Assembly: GCA_964016885.1 (NCBI GenBank)
Contig: OZ024743.1
Span: 131,068,001-131,132,000, forward strand
From: Eledone cirrhosa
Taxonomy: Eukaryota
Direction of reading: 5' to 3'
Length of the DNA: 64,000 bases
A program made the translations under genes and the position numbers. Position 1 is the stretch's first letter. Each line of letters opens with the position of its first letter. Under the pieces are notes generated by a model. That model was given only the letters and a program-made list of their open reading frames with translations. It did no database searches and was not told the DNA's origin. Positions 10,451 to 24,439 of the stretch are shown piece after piece.

Positions 10451-13400
10451 GGTGTTTGGTGTTTGGTGTTTGGTGCTTGGTGCTTGGTGTTTGGTGCTTG
10501 GTGCTTGGTGTTTGGTGCCTGGTGCTTGGGGCTTGGTGTTTGGTGTTTGGTGCTTGGTGCTTGGAGTTTGGTGTTTGGTGCTTGGTGCTTGGTGTTTTGT
10601 GTTTGGTGTTTGGTTTTTGGTGCTTGGTGCTTGGTGCTTGGTGCTTGGTCCTTGGTGTTTGGTGCTTGGTGCTTGGTGTTTGTACTTGGTGCTTGGTGCT
10701 TGGTGTTTGGTTCTTGGTTCTTGGTGTTTGGTACTTGGTGCTTGGTGCTTGGTGTTTGGTGCTTGGTGCTTGGTGTTTGGTGTTTGGTGTTTGGTGCTTG
10801 GTGCTTGGTGTTTGGTGCTTGGTGCTTGGTGCTGGGTGGTTGGTATTTGGTGCTTGGTGCTTGGTGTTTGGTGCTTGGTGCTTGGTGCTTGGTGTTTGGT
10901 GCTTGGTGCTTGGGGCTTGGTCTTTGGTGCTTGGTGTTTGGTGTTTGGTGCTTGGTGCTTTGTGTTTGGTGCTTGGTGATTAGTGTTTGGTGCTTTGTAC
11001 TTGGTGTTTGGTGCTTGGTGTTTGGTGTTTGCTGTTTGGTGTTTGGTGTTTGGTGTTTGCTGTTTGGTGTCTGCTTTTTGGTGTTTGGTGTTTGCTGTAT
11101 GGTGTTTGCTGTTTCGTGTTTGGTGTTTGCTGTTTGGTGTTTGGTGTTTGCTGTTTGGTGTTTGGTCTTTGGTGCTTGGTGTTTGGTGTTTGGTGCTTGG
11201 TGTTTGGTGTTTGGTGTTTGGTGTTTGCTGCTTGTTGCTTGGTGCTTGGTGCTTGGTGTTTGGTGCTTGGTGCTTGGTGTTTGGTGCTGGGTGCTTGGTG
11301 TTTGGTGCTTGGTGCTTGGTGTTTGGTGCTTGGTGCTTGGTGTTTGGTGTTTGGTGTTATATGCTTGGTGTTTGGTGCTTGGTGCTTGGTGTTTGGTGTT
11401 TGGTTCTTGATGCTTGGTATTTGGTGCTTGGTGCTTGCTGCTTGGTGTTTGGTGCTTGGTGATTGATGCTTGGTGTTTGGTGCTTGGTGCTTGGTGTTTG
11501 GTTTTTGGTGCTAGGTGCTTGGTGCTTGGTGTTTGGTGTTTGGTGCTTGGTGCTTGGTGTTTGGTCCTTGGTGCTTGGTGCTTGGTGTTTGGTGCTTGGT
11601 GCTTGGTGTTTGGTGTTTGGTGTTTGGTGCTTGGTGCTTGGTGTTTGGTGCTTGGTGCTGGGTGGTTGGTGTTTGGTGCTTGGTGCTTGGTGTTTTGTGC
11701 TAGGAGCATGGTGCCTGGTGTTTGGTGCTTGGTGCTTGGTGCTTGGTCTTTGGTGTTTGGTGTTTAGTGCTTGGTGCTTGGTGCTTGGTGCTTGGTGCTT
11801 GGTGCTTGGTCCTTGGTGTTTGGTGCTTGGTGCTTGGTGTTTGGTGTTTGGTGCTTGGTGCTTGGTGCTTCGTGTTTGGTGTTTGGTGCTTGGTGTCTGG
11901 AGCTTGGTGTTTGGTGTTTGGTGCTTGGTGTTTGGTGTTTGGTGCTTGGTGCTTGGTGTTTGGTGCTTGGTGCTTGGTGCTTGGTGTTTGGTGCTTGGTG
12001 ATTGGTGCTTGGTCTTTGGTGCTTGGTGTTTGGTGTTTGGTGCCTGGTGCTTTGTGTTTGGTGCTTGGTGATTAGTGTTTGGTGCTTGGTACTTGGTGTT
12101 TGGTGCTTGGTGTTTGGTGTTTGCTGTTTGGTGTTTGGTGTTTGCTGTTTGCTGTTTGGTGTCTGCTTTTTGGTGTTTGGTGTTTGCTGTATGGTGTTTG
12201 CTGTTTCGTGTTTGGTGTTTGCTGTTTGGTGTTTGGTGTTTGCTGTTTGGTGTTTGGTCTTTGGTGCTTGGTGTTTGGTGCTTGGTGCTTGGTGTTTGGT
12301 GTTTGGTGCTTGGTGCTTGGTGCTTGGTGTTTGGTGCTTGGTGTCTGGTGCTTGGTGTCTGGTGCTTGGTGTTTGGTGTTTGGTGTTTGGTGCTTGGTGT
12401 TTGGTGTTTGGTGTTTGGTGTTTGGTGCTTGTTGCTTGGTGCTTGGTGCTTGGTGTTTGGTGCTTGGTGCTTGGTGTTTGGTGCTGGGTGCTTGGTGTTT
12501 GGTGCTTGGTGCTTGGTGCTTGGTGTTTGGTGTTTGGTGCTTGGTGCTTGGTGTTTGGTGTTTGGTGTTATATGCTTGGTGTTTGATGCTTGGTGCTTGG
12601 TGCTTGGTGTTTGGTGTTTGGTGTTTGGTGTTTTATGCTTGGTGTTTGATGTTTGGTGCTTGGTGCTTGGTGTTTGGTGCTTGGTGCTTGGTGTTTCTAC
12701 TTGGTGCTTGGTGCTTGGTGTTTGGTTCTTGGTTCTTGGTGTTTGGTACTTGGTGCTTGGTGCTTGGTGTTTGGTGCTTGGTGCTTGGAGTTTGGTGTTT
12801 TGTGATTGGTGCTTGGTGTTTTGTGTTTGGTGTTTGGTTTTTGGTGCTTGGTGCTTGGTGCTTAGTGCTTGGTCCTTGGTGTTTGGTGCTCGGTGCTTGG
12901 TGTTTGTACTTGATGCTTGGTGCTTGGTGTTTGGTTCTTGGTTCTTGGTGTTTGGTACTTGGTGCTTGGTGCTTGGTGTTTGGTGCTTGGTGCTTGGTGT
13001 TTGGTGTTTGGTGTTTGGTGCTTGGTGCTTGGTGTTTGGTGCTTGGTGCTTGGTGCTGGGTGGTTGGTATTTCGTGCTTGGTGCTTGGTGTTTGGTGCTT
13101 GGTGCTTGGTGCTTGGTGTTTGGTGCTTGGTGCTTGGTGCTTGGTCTTTGGTGCTTGGTGTTTGGTGTTTGGTGCTTGGTGCTTTGTGTTTGGTGCTTGG
13201 TGATTAGTGTTTGGTGCTTGGTACTTGGTGTTTGGTGCTTGGTGTTTGGTGTTTGCTGTTTGGTGTTTGGTGTTTGGTGTTTGCTGTTTGGTGTCTGCTT
13301 TTTGGTGTTTGGTGTTTGCTGTATGGTGTTTGCTGTTTCGTGTTTGGTGTTTGCTGTTTGGTGTTTGGTGTTTGCTGTTTGGTGTTTGGTCTTTGGTGCT

Positions 13401-16400
13401 TGGTGTTTGGTGCTTGGTGCTTGGTGTTTGGTGTTTGGTGCTTGGTGTTTGGTGTTTGGTGCTTGGTGCTTGGTGCTTGGTGTTTGGTGCTTGGTGTCTG
13501 GTGCTTGGTGTCTGGTGCTTGGTGTTTGGTGTTTGGTGTTTGGTGCTTGGTGTTTGGTGTTTGGTGTTTGGTGCTTGTTGCTTGGTGCTTGGTGCTTGGT
13601 GTTTGGTGCTTGGTGCTTGGTGTTTGGTGCTGGGTGCTTGGTGTTTGGTGCTTGGTGCTTGGTGTTTGGTGTTTGGTGCTTGGTGCTTGGTGTTTGGTGT
13701 TTGGTGTTACATGCTTGGTGTTTGGTGCTTGGTGCTTGGTGTTTGCTGTTTGGTTCTTGATGCTTGGTATCTGGTGCTTGGTGCTTGCTGCTTGGTGTTT
13801 GGTGCTTGGTGATTGATGCTTGGTGTTTGGTGCTTGGTGCTTGGTGTTTGGTTTTTGGTGCTTGGTGCTTGGTGTTTGGTGCTTGGTGCTTGGTGCTGGG
13901 TGGTTGGTATTTGTGCTTGGTGCTTGGTGTTTGGTGCTTGGTGCTTGGTGCTTGGTGTTTGGTGCTTGGTGCTTGGTGCTTGGTCTTTGGTGCTTGGTGT
14001 TTGGTGTTTGGTGCTTGGTGCTTTGTGTTTGGTGCTTGGTGATTAGTGTTTGGTGCTTGGTACTTGGTGTTTGGTGCTTGGTGTTTGGTGTTTGCTGTTT
14101 GGTGTTTGGTGTTTGGTGTTTGCTGTTTGGTGTCTGCTTTTTGGTGTTTGGTGTTTGCTGTATGGTGTTTGATGTTTCGTGTTTGGTGTTTGCTGTTTGG
14201 TGTTTGGTGTTTGCTGTTTGGTGTTTGGTCTTTGGTGCTTGGTGTTTGGTGCTTGGTGCTTGGTGTTTGGTGTTTGGTGCTTGGTGTTTGGTGTTTGGTG
14301 CTTAGTGCTTGGTGCTTGGTGTTTGGTGCTTGGTGTCTGGTGCTTGGTGTCTGGTGCTTGGTGTTTGGTGTTTGGTGTTTGGTGCTTGGTGTTTGGTGTT
14401 TGGTGTTTGGTGTTTGGTGCTTGTTGCTTGGGGCTGGGTGGTTGGTATTTGGTGCTTGGTGCTTGGTGTTTGGTGTTTGGTGCTTGGTGCTTGGTGTTTG
14501 GTGCTTGGTGCTTGGTGCTTGGTCTTTGGTGCTTGGTGTTTGGTGTTTGGTGCTTGGTGCTTTGTGTTTGGTGCTTGGTGATTAGTGTTTGGTGCTTGGT
14601 ACTTGGTGTTTGGTGCTTGGTGTTTGGTGTTTGCTGTTTGGTGTTTGGTGTTTGGTGTTTGCTGTTTGGTGTCTGCTTTTTGGTGTTTGGTGTTTGCTGT
14701 ATGGTGTTTGCTGTTTCGTGTTTGGTGTTTGCTGTTTGGTGTTTGGTGTTTGCTGTTTGGTGTTTGGTCTTTGGTGCTTGGTGTTTGGTGCTTGGTGCTT
14801 GGTGTTTGGTGTTTGGTGCTTGGTGCTTGGTGCTTGGTGTTTGGTGCTTGGTGCTTGGTGCTTGGTGTTTCGTGCTAGGTGCATGGTGCTTGGTGTTTGG
14901 TGCTTGGTGCTTGGTGCTTGGTCTTTGGTGTTTGGTGTTTAGTGCTTGGTGCTTGGTGCTTGGTGCTTGGTGCTTGGTCCTTGGTGTTTGGTGCTTGGTG
15001 CTTGGTGTTTGGTGTTTGGTGCTTGGTGCTTGGTGCTTCGTGTTTGGTGTTTGGTGCTTGGTGTCTGGAGCTTGGTGTTTGGTGTTTGGTGCTTGGTGTT
15101 TGGTGTTTCGTGCTTGGTGCTTGGTGTTTGGTGCTTGGTGCTTGGTGTTTGTACTTGGTGCTTGGTGCTTGGTGTTTGGTGCTTGGTTCTTGGTGTTTGG
15201 TGCTTGGTGTTTGGAGCTTGGTGCTTGGTGTTTGGTGCTTGGTGCTTGGTGTTTGTACTTGGTGCTTGGTGCTTGGTGTTTGGTGCTTGGTTCTTGGTGT
15301 TTGGTGCTTGGTGTTTGGAGCTTGGTGCTTGGTGTTTGGGGCTTGGTGCTTGGTGTTTGGTGTTTGGTGCTTGGTGCTTGGTGTTTGGTGTTTGGTGCTT
15401 GGTGTTTGGTGTTTGGTGCTTGGTTCTTGGTGTTTGTTGCTTGGTACTTGGTGCATGGTGTTTGGTGCTGGGTGCTTGGTGTTTTGTGCTTGGTTCTTGG
15501 TGTTTGGTGTTTGGTGCTTGGTACTTGGTGTCTGGAGCTTGGTGTTTGGTGTTTGGTGCTTGGTGTTTGGTGCTTGGTGCTTGGTGTTTGGTGTTTGGTG
15601 TTTGATGCTTGGTGTTTTATGCTTGGTGCTTGGTGTTTGGTGCTTGGTGTTTGTATTTGGTGCTTGGTGCTTGGTGTTTTGTGCTTGGTTCTTGGTGTTT
15701 GGTGTTTGGTGCTTGGTACTTGGTGCTTGGTGTTAGGTGTTTGGTGTTTGGTGCTTGGTGTTTGGTGTTTGGTCCTTGGTGCTTGGTGCTTGGTGTTTAG
15801 TGCTTGGTGCTTGGTGTTTGTTGTTTGGTGCTTTCTGTTTGCTGCTTGGTGTTTGCTGCTTGGTGCTTGGTGCTTGGTGTTTGGTGTTTGGTGCTAGGTG
15901 CTTGGTGTTTGGTGTTTGGTGTTTGATGCTTGGTGTTTGGTGCTTGGTGTTTGGTGCTTGGTGCTTGGGGCTTGGTGTTTGGTGCTTGGTGCTTGGTGCT
16001 TGGTGTTTGGTGCTTGGTGCTTGGTGTTTGGTGTTTGGTGTTTGGTGCTTGGTGCTTGGTGTTTGGTGCTTGGTGCTTGGTGCTGGGTGGTTGGTATTTG
16101 GTGCTTGGTGCTTGGTGTTTGGTGCTTGGTGCTTGGTGCTTGGTGTTTGGTGCTTGGTGCTTGGTGCTTGGTCTTTGGTGCTTGGTGTTTGGTGTTTGGT
16201 GCTTGGTGCTTTGTGTTTGGTGCTTGGTGATTAGTGTTTGGTGCTTGGTACTTGGTGTTTGGTGCTTGGTGTTTGGTGTTTGCTGTTTGGTGTTTGGTGT
16301 TTGCTGTTTGCTGTTTGGTGTCTGCTTTTTGGTGTTTGGTGTTTGCTGTATGGTGTTTGCTGTTTCGTGTTTGGTGTTTGCTGTTTGGTGTTTGGTGTTT

Positions 16401-18979
16401 GCTGTTTGATGTTTGGTCTTTGGTGCTTGGTGTTTGGTGCTTGGTGCTTGGTGTTTGGTGTTTGGTGCTTGGTGCTTGGTGCTTGGTGTTCGGTGCTTGG
16501 TGTCTGGTGCTTGGTGTCTGGTGCTTGGTGTTTGGTGTTTGGTGTTTGGTGCTTGGTGTTTGGTGTTTGGTGTTTGGTGTTTGGTGCTTGTTGCTTGGTG
16601 CTTGGTGCTTGGTGTTTGGTGCTTGGTGCTTGGTGTTTGGTGCTGGGTGCTTGGTGTTTGGTGCTTGGTGCTTGGTGCTTGGTGTTTGGTGTTTGGTGCT
16701 TGGTGCTTGGTGTTTGGTGTTTGGTGTTATATGCTTGGTGTTTGATGCTTGGTGCTTGGTGCTTGGTGTTTGGTGCTTGGTGTTTTATGCTTGTTGTTTG
16801 ATGTTTGGTGCTTGGTGCTTGGTTTTTGGTGCTTGGTGCTTGGTGTTTCTACTTGGGGCTTGGTGCTTGGTTCTTGGTGTTTGGTGCTTGGTGCTTGGTG
16901 CTTGGTGCTTGGTGTTTGGTGCTTGGTGTTTGGTGCTTGGTGTTTGGTGCTTGGTGCCTGGTGCTTGGTGCTTGGTGCTTGGTGTTTGGTGCTTGGTGTT
17001 TGGTGCTTGGTATTAGGTGTTTGGTGCTTGGTGCTTGGTGTTTGGTGTTTGGTGCTTGGTGTTTGGTGCTTGGTGTTTGGTGTTTGGTGCTTGGTGTTTG
17101 GTGCTTGGTACTTGGTGCTTGGTGCTTGGTGTTAGGTGTTTGGTGCTTGGTGCTTGGTGTTTGGTTTTTGGTGCTTGGTGCTTGGTGTTTGGTGTTTGGT
17201 GCTTGCTGCTGGCTGCTTGGTGTTTGGTGCTTGGTGATTGGTGCTTGGTGTTTGGTGCTTGGTGTTTGGTGCTTGGTGCTTGGTGTTTGGTGTTTGGTGC
17301 TTGGTGCTTGGTGTCTGCTTTTTGGTGTTTGGTGTTTGCTGTATGTTATTTGCTGTTTGGTGTTTGGTGTTTGGTGTTTGGTGCTTGGTGCTTGGTGTTT
17401 GGTGCTTGGTGCTTGGTGTTTGGTGCCTGGTGCTTGGGGCTTGGTGTTTGGTGTTTGGTGCTTGGTGCTTGGAGTTTGGTGTTTGGTGCTTGGTGCTTGG
17501 TGTTTTGTGTTTGGTGTTTGGTTTTTGGTGCTTGGTGCTTGGTGCTTGGTGCTTGGTCCTTGGTGTTTGGTGCTTGGTGCTTGGTGTTTGTACTTGGTGC
17601 TTGGTGCTTGGTGTTTGGTTCTTGGTTCTTGGTGTTTGGTACTTGGTGCTTGGTGCTTGGTGTTTGGTGCTTGGTGCTTGGTGTTTGGTGTTTGGTGTTT
17701 GGTGCTTGGTGCTTGGTGTTTGGTGCTTGGTGCTTGGTGCTGGGTGGTTGGTATTTGGTGCTTGGTGCTTGGTGTTTGGTGCTTGGTGCTTGGTGCTTGG
17801 TGTTTGGTGCTTGGTGCTTGGTGCTTGGTCTTTGGTGCTTGGTGTTTGGTGTTTGGTGCTTGGTGCTTTGTGTTTGGTGCTTGGTGATTAGTGTTTGGTG
17901 CTTGGTACTTGGTGTTTGGTGCTTGGTCTTTGGTGTTTGCTGTTTGGTGTTTGGTGTTTGGTGTTTGCTGTTTGGTGTCTGCTTTTTGGTGTTTGGTGTT
18001 TGCTGTATGGTGTTTGCTGTTTGGTGTTTGGTGTTTGGTGCTTGGTGTTTGGTGCTTGGTGCTTGGTGTTTGGTGTTTGGTGCTTGGTGTTTGGTGTTTG
18101 GTGCTTGGTGCTTGGTGCTTGGTGTTTGGTGCTTGGTGTCTGGTGCTTGGTGTCTGGTGCTTGGTGTTTGGTGTTTGGTGTTTGGTGCTTGGTGTTTGGT
18201 GTTTGGTGTTTGGTGTTTGGTGCTTGTTGCTTGGTGCTTGGTGCTTGGTGTTTGGTGCTTGGTGCTTGGTGTTTGGTGCTGGGTGCTTGGTGTTTGGTGC
18301 TTGGTGCTTGGTGTTTGGTGTTTGGTGCTTGGTGCTTGGTGTTTGGTGTTTGGTGTTATATGCTTGCTGTTTGGTGCTTGGTGCTTGGTGTTTGGTGTTT
18401 GGTTCTTGATGCTTGGTATTTGGTGCTTGGTGCTTGCTGCTTGGTGTTTGGTGCTTGGTGATTGATGCTTGGTGTTTGGTGCTTGGTGCTTGGTGTTTGG
18501 TTTTTGGTGCTAGGTGCTTGGTGCTTGGTGTTTGGTGCTTGGTGTTTGGTGTTTGGTGCTTGCTGCTTGGTGTTTGGTACTTGGTGCTTGGTGCTTGGTG
18601 TTTGGTGCTTGGTGCTTGGTGTTTGGTGTTTGGTGTTTGGTGCTTGGTGCTTGGTGTTTGGTGCTTGGTGCTGGGTGGTTGGTATTTGGTGCTTGGTGCT
18701 TGGTGTTTTGTGCTAGGTGCATGGTGCCTGGTGTTTGGTGCTTGGTGCTTGGTGCTTGGTCTTTGGTGTTTGGTGTTTAGTGCTTGGTGCTTGGTGCTTG
18801 GTGCTTGGTGCTTGGTGCTTGGTCCTTGGTGTTTGGTGCTTGGTGCTTGGTGTTTGGTGTTTGGTGCTTCGTGTCTGGAGCTTGGTGTTTGGTGTTTGGT
18901 GCTTGGTGTTTGGTGTTTGGTGCTTGGTGCTTGGTGTTTGGTGCTTGGTGCTTGGTGCTTGGTGTTAGGTGCTTGGTGC

Positions 18980-21900
18980 TTGGTGCTTGGTCTTTGGTGC
19001 TTGGTGTTTGGTGTTTGGTGCTTGGTGCTTTGTGTTTGGTGCTTGGTGATTAGTGTTTGGTGCTTGGTTCTTGGTGTTTGGTGCTTGGTGTTTGGTGTTT
19101 GCTGTTTGGTGTTTGGTGTTTGCTGTTTGATGTTTGGTGTCTGCTTTTTGGTGTTTGGTGTTTGCTGTATGGTGTTTGCTGTTTCGTGTTTGGTGTTTGC
19201 TGTTTGGTGTTTGGTGTTTGCTGTTTGGTGTTTGGTCTTTGGTGCTTGGTGTTTGGTGCTTGGTGCTTGGTGTTTGGTGTTTGGTGCTTGGTGCTTGGTG
19301 CTTGGTGTTTGGTGCTTGGTGTCTGGTGCTTGGTGTCTGGTGCTTGGTGTTTGGTGTTTGGTGTTTGGTGCTTGGTGTTTGGTGTTTGGTGTTTGGTGTT
19401 TGGTGCTTGTTGCTTGGTGCTTGGTGCTTGGTGTTTGGTGCTTGGTGCTTGGTGTTTGGTGCTGGGTGCTTGGTGTTTGGTGCTTGGTGCTTGGTGCTTG
19501 GTGTTTGGTGTTTGGTGCTTGGTGCTTGGTGTTTGGTGTTTGGTGTTATATGCTTGGTGTTTGATGCTTGGTGCTTGGTGCTTGGTGTTTGGTGTTTGGT
19601 GCTTGGTTTTTTATGCTTGGTGTTTGATGTTTGGTGCTTGGTGCTTGGTGTTTAGTTCTTGGTGCTTGGTGTTTCTACTTGGTGCTTGGTGCTTGGTTCT
19701 TGGTGTTTGGTGCTTGGTGCTTGGTGCTTGGTGCTTGGTGTTTTGTGCTTGGTGTTTGGTGCTTGGTGTTTGGTGCTTGGTGCCTGGTGCTTGGTGCTTG
19801 GTGCTTGGTGTTTGGTGCTTGGTGTTTGGTGCTTGGTATTAGGTGTTTGGTGCTTGGTGCTTGGTGTTTGGTGTTTGGTGCTTGGTGTTTGGTGCTTGGT
19901 GTTTGGTGTTTGGTGCTTGGTGTTTGGTGCTTGGTACTTGGTGCTTGGTGCTTGGTGTTAGGTGTTTGGTGCTTGGTGCTTGGTGTTTGGTTTTTGGTGC
20001 TTGGTGCTTGGTGTTTGGTGTTTGGTGCTTGCTGCTGGCTGCTTGGTGTTTGGTGCTTGGTGATTGGTGCTTGGTGTTTGGTGCTTGGTGTTTGGTGTTT
20101 GGTACTAGGTGCTCGGTGCTTGGTGTTTGGTGCTTGGTGCTTGGTGTTTGGTGTTTGGTGATTGGTGCTTGGTGTTTGGTGCTTGGTGCTGGGTTCTGGG
20201 TGGTTGGTGTTTGGTGCTTGGTGTTTGGTGCTGGGTGCTTGGTGTTTGGTGCTTGGTGCTTGGTCTTTGGTGTTTGGTGTTTGGTGTTTGGGGCTTGGTG
20301 CTTGGTGCTTGGTGTTTGGTGCTTGGTGCTTGGTGTTTGGTGCTTGGTGCTTAGTGTTTGGTGCTAGGTGCTTGGGGTTTAGTGTTTGGTGCTTGGTGCT
20401 TGGTGTTTGGTGCTTGGTGCTTGGTGTTTGGTGTTTGGTGCTTGGTGCTTGGTGTTTGGTGTTTCCTGTTTGCTGTTTGGTGTTTGGTGTTTGGTGTTTG
20501 CTGTTTGGTGTCTGCTTTTTGGTGCTTGGTGCTTGGTGGTTGGTCTTTGGTGCTTGGTGTTTGGTGTTTGGTGCTTGGTGCTTTGTGTTTGGTGCTTGGT
20601 GATTAGTGTTTGGTGCTTGGTACTTGGTGTTTGGTGCTTGGTGTTTGGTGTTTGCTGTTTGGTGTTTGGTGTTTGCTGTTTGCTGTTTGGTGTCTGCTTT
20701 TTGGTGTTTGGTGTTTGCTGTATGGTGTTTGCTGTTTCGTGTTTGGTGTTTGCTGTTTGGTGTTTGGTGTTTGCTGTTTGGTGTTTGGTCTTTGGTGCTT
20801 GGTGTTTGGTGCTTGGTGCTTGGTGTTTGGTGTTTGGTGCTTGGTGCTTGGTGCTTGGTGTTTGGTGCTTGGTGTCTGGTGCTTGGTGTCTGGTGCTTGG
20901 TGTTTGGTGTTTGGTGTTTGGTGCTTGGTGTTTGGTGTTTGGTGTTTGGTGTTTTGTGCTTGTTGCTTGGTGCTTGGTGCTTGGTGTTTGGTGCTTGGTG
21001 CTTGGTGTTTGGTGCTGGGTGCTTGGTGTTTGGTGCTTGGTGCTTGGTTCTTGGTGTTTGGTGTTTGGTGCTTGGTGCTTGGTGTTTGGTGTTTGGTGTT
21101 ATATGCTTGGTGTTTGATGCTTGGTGCTTGGTGCTTGGTGTTTGGTGTTTGGTGCTTGGTGTTTTATGCTTGGTGTTTGATGTTTGGTGCTTGGTGCTTG
21201 GTGTTTCTACTTGGTGCTTGGTGCTTGGTTCTTGGTGTTTGGTGCTTGGTGCTTGGTGCTTGGTGCTTGGTGTTTGGTGCTTGGTGTTTGGTGCTTGGTG
21301 TTTGGTGCTTGGTGCCTGGTGCTTGGTGCTTGGTGCTTGGTGTTTGGTGCTTGGTGTTTGGTGCTTGGTATTAGATGTTTGGTGCTTGGTGCTTGGTGTT
21401 TGGTGTTTGGTGCTTGGTGTTTGGTGCTTGGTGTTTGGTGTTTGGTGCTTGGTGTTTGGTGCTTGGTACTTGGTGCTTGGTGCTTGGTGTTAGGTGTTTG
21501 GTGCTTGGTGTTAGGTCTTTGGTGCTTGGTGCTTGGTGTTTGGTTTTTGGTGCTTGGTGCTTGGTGTTTGGTGTTTGGTGCTTGCTGCTGGCTGCTTGGT
21601 GTTTGGTGCTTGGTGATTGGTGCTTGGTGTTTGGTGCTTGGTGTTTGGTGTTTGGTACTAGGTGCTTGGTGCTTGGTGTTTGGTGCTTGGTGCTTGGTGT
21701 TTGGTGTTTGGTGATTGGTGCTTGGTGTTTGGTGCTTGGTGCTGGGTTCTGGGTGGTTGGTGTTTGGTGCTTGGTGTTTGGTGCTGGGTGCTTGGTGTTT
21801 GGTGCTTGGTGCTTGGTCTTTGGTGTTTGGTGTTTGGTGTTTGGGGCTTGGTGCTTGGTGCTTGGTGTTTGGTGCTTGGTGCTTGGTGTTTGGTGCTTGG

Positions 21901-22080
21901 TGCTTAGTGTTTGGTGCTAGGTGCTTGGGGTTTGGTGTTTGGTGCTTGGTGCTTGGTGTTTGGTGCTTGGTGCTTGGTGTTTGGTGTTTGGTGCTTGGTG
22001 CTTGGTGTTTGGTGTTTCCTGTTTGCTGTTTGGTGTTTGGTGTTTGGTGTTTGCTGTTTGGTGTCTGCTTTTTGGTGTTT
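18980..22080 (+). repeat. Higher-order tandem duplication, period about 1.55 kb
   Basis: ORF pairs offset 1553: 19057/20610, 19631/21184, 20109/21662, 20162/21715, 20358/21911. Same order of variant monomers. Confidence 0.8.
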
Positions 22081-24439
22081 GGTGTTTGCTGTATGTTATT
22101 TGCTGTTTGGTGTTTGGTGTTTGGTGTTTGGTGCTTGGTGCTTGGTGTTTGGTGCTTGGTGCTTGGTGTTTGGTGCCTGGTGCTTGGGGCTTGGTGTTTG
22201 GTGTTTGGTGCTTGGTGCTTGGAGTTTGGTGTTTGGTGCTTGGTGCTTGGTGTTTTGTGTTTGGTGTTTGGTTTTTGGTGCTTGGTGCTTGGTGCTTGGT
22301 GCTTGGTCCTTGGTGTTTGGTGCTTGGTGCTTGGTGTTTGTACTTGGTGCTTGGTGCTTGGTGTTTGGTTCTTGGTTCTTGGTGTTTGGTACTTGGTGCT
22401 TGGTGCTTGGTGTTTGGTGCTTGGTGCTTGGTGCTGGGTGGTTGGTATTTGGTGCTTGGTGCTTGGTGTTTGGTGCTTGGTGCTTGGTGCTTGGTGTTTG
22501 GTGCTTGGTGCTTGGTGCTTGGTCTTTGTTGCTTGGTGTTTGGTGTTTGGTGCTTGGTGCTTTGTGTTTGGTGCTTGGTGATTAGTGTTTGGTGCTTGGT
22601 ACTTGGTGTTTGGTGCTTGGTGTTTGGTGTTTGCTGTTTGGTGTTTGGTGTTTGGTGTTTGCTGTTTGGTGTCTGCTTTTTGGTGTTTGGTGTTTGCTGT
22701 ATGGTGTTTGGTGTTTGCTGTTTGGTGTTTGGTCTTTGGTGCTTGGTGTTTGGTGCTTGGTGCTTGGTGTTTGGTGTTTGGTGCTTGGTGTTTGGTGTTT
22801 GGTGCTTGGTGCTTGGTGCTTGGTGTTTGGTGCTTGGTGTCTGGTGCTTGGTGTTTGGTGTTTGGTGTTTGGTGCTTGGTGTTTGGTGTTTGGTGTTTGG
22901 TGTTTGGTGCTTGTTGCTTGGTGCTTGGTGCTTGGTGTTTGGTGCTTGGTGCTTGGTGTTTGGTGCTGGGTGCTTGGTGTTTGGTGCTTGGTGCTTGGTG
23001 TTTGGTGTTTGGTGCTTGGTGCTTGGTGTTTGGTGTTTGGTGTTATATGCTTGGTGTTTGGTGCTTGGTGCTTGGTGATTGGTGTTTGGTTCTTGATGCT
23101 TGGTATTTGGTGCTTGGTGCTTGCTGCTTGGTGTTTGGTGCTTGGTGATTGATGCTTGGTGTTTGGTGCTTGGTGCTTGTTGTTTGGTTTTTGGTGCTAG
23201 GTGCTTGGTGCTTGGTGTTTGGTGCTTGGTGTTTGGTGTTTGGTGCTTGGTGCTTGGTGTTTGGTACTTGGTGCTTGGTGCTTGGGGTTTGGTGCTTGGT
23301 GCTTGGTGTTTGGTGTTTGGTGTTTGGTGCTTGGTGCTTGGTGTTTGGTGCTTGGTGCTGGGTGGTTGGTGTTTGGTGCTTGGTGCTTGGTGTTTTGTGC
23401 TAGGTGCATGGTGCCTGGTGTTTGGTGCTTGGTGCTTGGTGCTTGGTCTTTGGTGTTTGGTGTTTAGTGCTTGGTGCTTGGTGCTTGGTGCTTGGTGCTT
23501 GGTGCTTGGTCCTTGGTGTTTGGTGCTTGGTGCTTGGTGTTTGGTGTTTGGTGCTTGGTGCTTGGTGCTTCGTGTTTGGTGTTTGGTGCTTGGTGTCTGG
23601 AGCTTGGTGTTTGGTGTTTGGTGCTTGGTGTTTGGTGTTTGGTGCTTGGTGCTTGGTGTTTGGTGCTTGGTGCTTGGTGCTTGGTGTTTGGTGTTTGGTG
23701 CTTGGTGCTTGGTGCTTGGTCTTTGGTGCTTGGTGTTTGGTGTTTGGTGCTTGGTGCTTTGTGTTTGGTGCTTGGTGATTAGTGTTTGGTGCTTGGTACT
23801 TGGTGTTTGGTGCTTGGTGTTTGGTGTTTGCTGTTTGGTGTTTGGTGTTTGCTGTTTGCTGTTTGGTGTCTGCTTTTTGGTGTTTGGTGTTTGCTGTATG
23901 GTGTTTGCTGTTTCGTGTTTGGTGTTTGCTGTTTGGTGTTTGGTGTTTGCTGCTTGGTGTTTGGTCTTTGGTGCTTGGTGTTTGGTGCTTGGTGCTTGGT
24001 GTTTGGTGTTTGGTGCTTGGTGCTTGGTGCTTGGTGTTTGGTGCTTGGTGAATGGTGCTTGGTGTCTGGTGCTTCGTGTTTGGTGTTTGGTGTTTGGTGC
24101 TTGGTGTTTGGTGTTTGGTGTTTGGTGTTTGGTGCTTGTTGCTTGGTGCTTGGTGCTTGGTGTTTGGTGCTTGGTGCTTGGTGTTTGGTGCTGAGTGCTT
24201 GGTGTTTGGTGCTTGGTGCTTGGTGCTTGGTGTTTGGTGTTTGGTGCTTGGTGCTTGGTGTTTGGTGTTTCGTGTTATATGCTTGGTGTTTGATGCTTGG
24301 TGCTTGGTGCTTGGTGTTTGGTGTTTGGTGCTTGGTGTTTTATGCTTGGTGTTTGATGTTTGGTGCTTGGTGCTTGGTGTTTCTACTTGGTGCTTGGTGC
24401 TTGGTGTTTGGTTCTTGGTTCTTGGTGTTTGGTACTTGG